Below the pieces are notes generated by a model. That model did not search any database. It was not told the origin of the DNA and saw only the letters and a program-made list of their open reading frames with translations. DNA of 64,000 nucleotides from Spirochaetia bacterium (GTDB lineage Bacteria; Spirochaetota; Spirochaetia; CADAEX01): the NCBI GenBank assembly GCA_963662265.2, contig CAXXHA010000036.1, positions 96,001 through 160,000 of the forward strand, in the 5' to 3' direction. Shown here in pieces: positions 60,301 to 64,000 of the stretch. Position 1 is the stretch's first letter, and each line of letters opens with the position of its first letter. A program made the position numbers and the translations under genes.

Positions 60301-61378
60301 CAAAGCAGGTAATACTGGAGATTATGAAAAATCTGTTCTGAGCGAGTATGAATCGGGGAGCGATTACTGGAAAGTTATAAAGCATAAAGATGGGAGTATA
60401 ACAATGCTTGATGACGGAAGCGATGACGTTACTTTGGTTGATGAAGAGACAGGTGCAGAAAAAATCTTTGAATATACCGGAGGAAGCAAGACAGGTTTTA
60501 TTGCGGGTTCTCTTGGTTTAAGCAGGGACGAAGTCAATTACCAGATGGGGCCTGAAGCGGGGTGGAGTTATATTGACGGCAGGTGGGAAAACAAAACTGA
60601 TGATAAAACTGTAAGGTTTTCACAGGCGCAGATAGAAAAGATGAGTATCCGATTCAAAGAGCTGAGACGCATCAGTAAAGCTGAAAATGTTGATGAGGGA
60701 ATTTTCAGGAAAATAGAAAATGCTGTCATTAAAGGAAAAAACTGGGTTTCTGAAAAATATACTGCTGTTAAAAATGTTTTTAATTACAGAAATTATATAT
60801 CAAAGAAAGCTGTATCTGAATCGTCCGCATCTTCATATTACAGTAAAGGTAAAATCCTTCCATCTGAAATTCTTACAGAAGGTTATATCTCCCAGACTGC
60901 GCATGAGGAAGAAACCCATTTTCTTGAAAACTGGTACACAAAAGGGCATCCCGCAGTTGATATCACAGGAAAGGGGAAGGTCCGGTTCCCTTATAATCTT
61001 GAACTTTTAAAAACAGGGAAAAATAACAACCGCCTTCTCTACCGTATAGCAGGTTCTGATGATTATCTTTATTTTACCCATATAAACCCCTCAGAATCTG
61101 AAGCTTTGCAGAAATTACTGGAAAAAAGCAGCGGCAAGAGTGTATCCTATAAAGCAGGGAAAGCTTTATTCAGCTATCCGAAAGTTAAGGATAAATATTC
61201 CACTGATCTTCACATACATGTTGAAATGTACAGGAAAAAGGATGACGGCTCTTACAGTTTTGCTGATCCTCTGACCGGCGAGTTCCTTCCGGATTTTGGG
61301 TATATGCATAGTACAAAAGGTGATATATATAGTGTTTGGCGAATGAAATTACCAAAAAATCAAAAATATTGGAATTAG
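57269..61378 (+). CDS. Giant protein fragment 4: Gly/Ala/Thr-rich hydrophobic region, HEAYRDG motif, C-terminal M23-like peptidase domain
   Basis: 1369-aa ORF; GHPAVD (HxxxD, 60947-60961), YFTHI, STDLHIHVE (HxH, 61211-61219). Confidence 0.72.
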   Translation: MSGGIIWGDIAKIFSARIDFLDKKDEIRTLTGGCDGEIVSFDDFIISLDAVSGELPDEAGSGFRDLLESIYDSLTDEDKNTSYNLSVKTFEKLNEYLSCKISELNIITEKLEKERVSRLNNYRISLNNPEVSSDEVKNHFINLFFESEYSTCESSQISLSEVLLSYSDSDDLKGRERTLSFAANDVMKYFSTSLDIKKSENDEKIKLQYLELKDKQGLFESRIAELYETGVIEWKVGFTNLIGMRKKWRDNFQREAILKEELWKSKYKILKENRNSWIEQSTAAVQRGEAGRLSREIGINADKLLSESEMIIIPDIKNSPELDNIIEEVTGAEKLSSLISAASFYSAKKESDNITPSSYLPEIGSFGGNDLRLESYAENLSSEIRKRAALLEALKMAKTVTDVEDGILENIESANRSTEKSLADTLEGKGYRKKGNIFSRKAIIDMTLLGGIEEELHEIEAYHYFTAPEFKTGADLTRDSLSSMSRREIELKVEKAVANLKRYGEIIFGSKTSKEASDWKGFDEEFKSYAGNAEKSFSLSRQATKYRDTKGLFYIHLGYAPVMDSKSPEVVKTEGYGEYGRIYELFFRNEARLGRGIASLDQPWYSQKLWDDDRDNDGESDGLFGAPSVRSMGNIAMSVVSGGAGMWAFAVNMIDDAAFTAMDIGSGITDWDDGMMSLGKQTTAGAVTQGLGNRFKIETDSFLASAAHTGLKTASTNLATTAINSFDFNSRGIYFSTDTFRRNWQSDLYGRGAVPGYINSMGTAGLDSTLTGFYGKDLSCGKALSSTIAGSAASIYEYNTLGSTKLNLLNSSDLFFRNSGLKDRFGGTGILEMGIGDGGSLFEFGINGQNMSASQITSAYKGINTYYQNARIYSSGQENIKDARVAMRALYSRSTSDAAASLLYRNLLSGKDNLEIDKSLEGRAQTVKNSSGGRTVKVSSLGNDYYSRLHLGVVLGHEAYRDGTDNGREVQKSETVDAVYNHTKMALDMENDYTGFIESDEALIKDLLRLSKAGNTGDYEKSVLSEYESGSDYWKVIKHKDGSITMLDDGSDDVTLVDEETGAEKIFEYTGGSKTGFIAGSLGLSRDEVNYQMGPEAGWSYIDGRWENKTDDKTVRFSQAQIEKMSIRFKELRRISKAENVDEGIFRKIENAVIKGKNWVSEKYTAVKNVFNYRNYISKKAVSESSASSYYSKGKILPSEILTEGYISQTAHEEETHFLENWYTKGHPAVDITGKGKVRFPYNLELLKTGKNNNRLLYRIAGSDDYLYFTHINPSESEALQKLLEKSSGKSVSYKAGKALFSYPKVKDKYSTDLHIHVEMYRKKDDGSYSFADPLTGEFLPDFGYMHSTKGDIYSVWRMKLPKNQKYWN

Positions 61379-61388
61379 AGGTTAAATT

Positions 61389-61769
61389 ATGAAATATATT
61401 TATTTTTTTATTTTATTTATATTTCTCGCAATTTACTGCAATGCTGAAAATAATGATTTAAAAGATCCTTTTGAAGGAGTCTGGGGAGATTTTCCAGGGT
61501 ATGGGAAGATAAATGATTTTCTTATAATAAATAAAATAGGGAATGATTATTTAGTGATTACTGCATTTACTGATGATGACAAATCTCAAAAAAGTATTGC
61601 TAAGAGATTAAATCACAATATTTTAAAGATCATGATTAGAGGAAATCAATATACTTTAAAATGGGATAAAGATGGCGATGAAGAATGGCTTGAAATGTAT
61701 ATCGATCCAAATGTAGAAGAATACCCATATTTTGAACGTATCGAGAAATTTTCCATAGACAAGTTCTGA
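61389..61769 (+). CDS. Small exported protein, candidate immunity protein
   Basis: 10 nt after the giant gene, GAGG RBS, signal/lipoprotein-like leader ending AIYC, visibly more AT-rich. Confidence 0.6.
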   Translation: MKYIYFFILFIFLAIYCNAENNDLKDPFEGVWGDFPGYGKINDFLIINKIGNDYLVITAFTDDDKSQKSIAKRLNHNILKIMIRGNQYTLKWDKDGDEEWLEMYIDPNVEEYPYFERIEKFSIDKF

Positions 61770-61794
61770 TTAATAGACTTCTTCAGCAAAAGTC

Positions 61795-62529
61795 CTACCG
61801 CATCTTCCTGATTCTGACTTCTGTCCCGCTTAGTCCTTTCAGCTTATCAACAAGCAGCATCGGGTCTGTCTCGCCGTAATGGTAGGGGTAGATGATTTTT
61901 GCCTTTATGGTTTTTGCCGCATCGGAAGCCATGTCCGGGTCCATGGTATAGGGGAGGTTCATTGGAATAAATGCTATATCAATGTTTTTGAGCTGTTTCA
62001 TCTCAGGGATATTTTCGGTGTCCCCTGCAATATATATTCTCTTGTCTCCCAGTGTCAGAATATATCCGTTTCCCTCCCCCTTGGGATGGTAGGGAATTCC
62101 GTTGTCCCTTTTGTGAACAATATTATAGGCAGGCACTGCCTCAATATTTATACCCCTTACAGTTTCTGAATCCCCGTTTTTCATCACTGTTCCTGTGCCC
62201 AGTTCAGTGAAGACTTTTTCAGAAACAACAAAGTCTGTATTTGATTTCCTGATTTTATCAATTGCATCTTTATCAAGATGATCCCTGTGCTGATGGGTTA
62301 TTAGAATCATATCTGCATCAGGGAGGAGTGAGTAGTCTGCCAGTTTGCCGTAAGGATCTATGTGGATGCTTATTCCCCTGAACAGGATATGAAGAGTCCC
62401 GTGGCCTATAAAAGTGATTACGATATCTCCTTCAGAACTTTTAATAGTGTCAGATTCAAAATTGTTTTCGCTGAATGTTGAAAAGGGTGTAATCAAAACA
62501 AGTAACGGAAGTATGAATAAATATCTCAT
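61795..62529 (-). CDS. Exported metallo-beta-lactamase-fold hydrolase
   Basis: FIGHG, IDP, THQHRDH (HxHxDH), YIAGDT, PYHY; signal peptide; GGAGG RBS. Confidence 0.9.
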   Translation of the reverse strand: MRYLFILPLLVLITPFSTFSENNFESDTIKSSEGDIVITFIGHGTLHILFRGISIHIDPYGKLADYSLLPDADMILITHQHRDHLDKDAIDKIRKSNTDFVVSEKVFTELGTGTVMKNGDSETVRGINIEAVPAYNIVHKRDNGIPYHPKGEGNGYILTLGDKRIYIAGDTENIPEMKQLKNIDIAFIPMNLPYTMDPDMASDAAKTIKAKIIYPYHYGETDPMLLVDKLKGLSGTEVRIRKMR

Positions 62530-62676
62530 TTTTATCCTCCGGATTTAAAGCTTATTAAGGAATTTTAAGCTATTTAAATTCTGTTAGCAATATACTTCTG
62601 CTGATTTTATTCAGGCTGGTATTGACCTCTTTTTTCGGTACAGAACTAATTTTTCTGTGTTTAACTGTTTTGCCTT

Positions 62677-63999
62677 TTAAGCGCTCCCCTTGAAGTCGAA
62701 GCTTATCTTTTTCTGAAGTTCCCCTATGTTGTTAACCGCATTTTTCAGCATTGCGTTTTCAAGATGTGTCAGGCTTCCCTGCTCTGCAAGGTTGTCCGGC
62801 CGTTTTTCTTCAGATACCGATGCAGCCTGCCTCTTGAGCCTTACCTGGTTCAGAAAGTCGTAGATATGGGTAATCTCTTTATGCGTTGCAGGGTGTATTA
62901 TCCCTTTTTCCATAAGCGCATCTAAGCGGGAGAATGTATTTGTTTCTTCTATTCCGTGTTTAAGCGAATAAAGCCGTGCGAAATTGACTATAGGGAGGAT
63001 GAGCTCCTTTATATCGATGATTTTTTTTGTCCCCTCTGATGAATCGAATATTATGTTTCCGAAAAGGTTTACAGGTACTTTGTAGAGGGCTGAACTGTTT
63101 GCAAGGTGCAGAAAAAACTGGGGGAATGATTTCATTGTATCTGATATGTGCTTCCCGAGATTATCTGTAAGTTCGGAACTTCCGTAAATCATCCGGTAGT
63201 CGAAAAACATATTGAAATGAAGAATCTCCTCCGGTTCCGGTTTTGTTATCCACTTTGTGAAGTATTGTTTCCATTCAGAGAGAGTGCAACACCACTTGCG
63301 GTTTTTTCCCATTATCCCGCCGCTGCAGAACGGAAAACCAGCCTTGTTAAGCTCATCTGAAATAATTTCCCCGAGGCTCAGGAAGTAGTCTCTTGCCTTT
63401 TCAATATCTTCATCTTTATCAGGCTGTTCAAAAATTATCGCGTTATCCTGGTCTGAAGAAAGTGTCTGCTCTCTCCTCCCCAGGCTTCCGGGCGCGATGA
63501 ATGCGAACCTTTCAGGGGGAGTCCCTATTTCTGTAATTGCTGTTTCAATTATTTTCTTTACAAGAATATCTGTAAATGTGGTTACTATTCTCATTATATT
63601 GAGAGACCTGTTTCCTGTTTCAATAAGTGCCTTGATAATGTAGGGGACATGGCTGAATGATTTCTGGAGTTCCCTCATTGTAGATGCGTTTTCGAGTTCC
63701 CCTGCTGTGACAGCTGCCGGGTATTTATGAAATTCAATAAGGTCTTTTGCCCTGACGACATATCCGGTTTCATGATCCCCGTAGTCCAGGATAAGATGGC
63801 GTATATTGTATGTCTTCATAATGGAAACAGCTTCGAAAATAAGTATTCTGCTGTCTGCTTTCCTGACAGGGGAGGTCATTATTGTATAAACAGCATCATC
63901 CGCATTTCTTTCCTCGGCAAGGGCTCTCGACCTGATATCCTTGTCTGTTACAATTCCCAGGATTTCTCCGGAATCAGACTTTACAAGAAAGGAACTCGA
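62677..63999 (-). CDS. CBS-domain / DUF294 putative nucleotidyltransferase, 5' end outside the window
   Basis: Frame open to the window edge (GIVTDKDIR CBS motif); GSLGRREQ..SDQDNA, FFDYR, DIKE..PIVNFARLYSL. Confidence 0.88.
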   Translation of the reverse strand, partial: SSSFLVKSDSGEILGIVTDKDIRSRALAEERNADDAVYTIMTSPVRKADSRILIFEAVSIMKTYNIRHLILDYGDHETGYVVRAKDLIEFHKYPAAVTAGELENASTMRELQKSFSHVPYIIKALIETGNRSLNIMRIVTTFTDILVKKIIETAITEIGTPPERFAFIAPGSLGRREQTLSSDQDNAIIFEQPDKDEDIEKARDYFLSLGEIISDELNKAGFPFCSGGIMGKNRKWCCTLSEWKQYFTKWITKPEPEEILHFNMFFDYRMIYGSSELTDNLGKHISDTMKSFPQFFLHLANSSALYKVPVNLFGNIIFDSSEGTKKIIDIKELILPIVNFARLYSLKHGIEETNTFSRLDALMEKGIIHPATHKEITHIYDFLNQVRLKRQAASVSEEKRPDNLAEQGSLTHLENAMLKNAVNNIGELQKKISFDFKGSA

Positions 64000-64000
64000 G

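Noticed and set aside
52849-61378. Phage tape-measure or SMC protein
   Set aside because: No phage genes nearby, no Walker motifs, and it has an export-like leader and a toxin/immunity-like end
1-64000. tRNA, rRNA, CRISPR arrays, transposases or integrases
   Set aside because: None recognised by eye; a tRNAscan/Infernal run would be needed to exclude small RNAs

Overview
Bacterial, AT-rich window that most resembles a free-living spirochaete (Spirochaetales-like signal peptides and gene families; taxonomy is inferred). The first ~39.5 kb has intact ORFs: a sugar-sensing GGDEF cyclase, phospholipase D, SlyD, an M23 peptidase, a cstA operon with a Get3/ArsA-like ATPase and a possible CCDC47-like protein, an unusual TolC/adaptor/two-RND operon with TPR and Ig-like lipoproteins, a YesMN-type two-component system with an mglBAC galactose-type ABC transporter, and an orphan UDP-glucuronate decarboxylase. 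From ~39.6 to 52 kb (minus strand) is a tandem array of three [FecR-like exported protein + beta-rich lipoprotein] pairs. Two of the pairs are each followed by two ~600-aa GT-A-fold enzymes with an N-terminal PqqD/RRE-like domain; this is the best candidate for an undescribed system. At 52.8-61.8 kb is a reconstructed ~2,840-aa polymorphic-toxin-like protein with a C-terminal M23 peptidase motif and a probable immunity gene. Many genes between ~40.5 and 57.3 kb are broken by small indels, mostly in homopolymers, which are probably assembly errors. No rRNA, tRNA, CRISPR array or transposase was recognised. All family assignments come from motifs read by eye; no searches were run.
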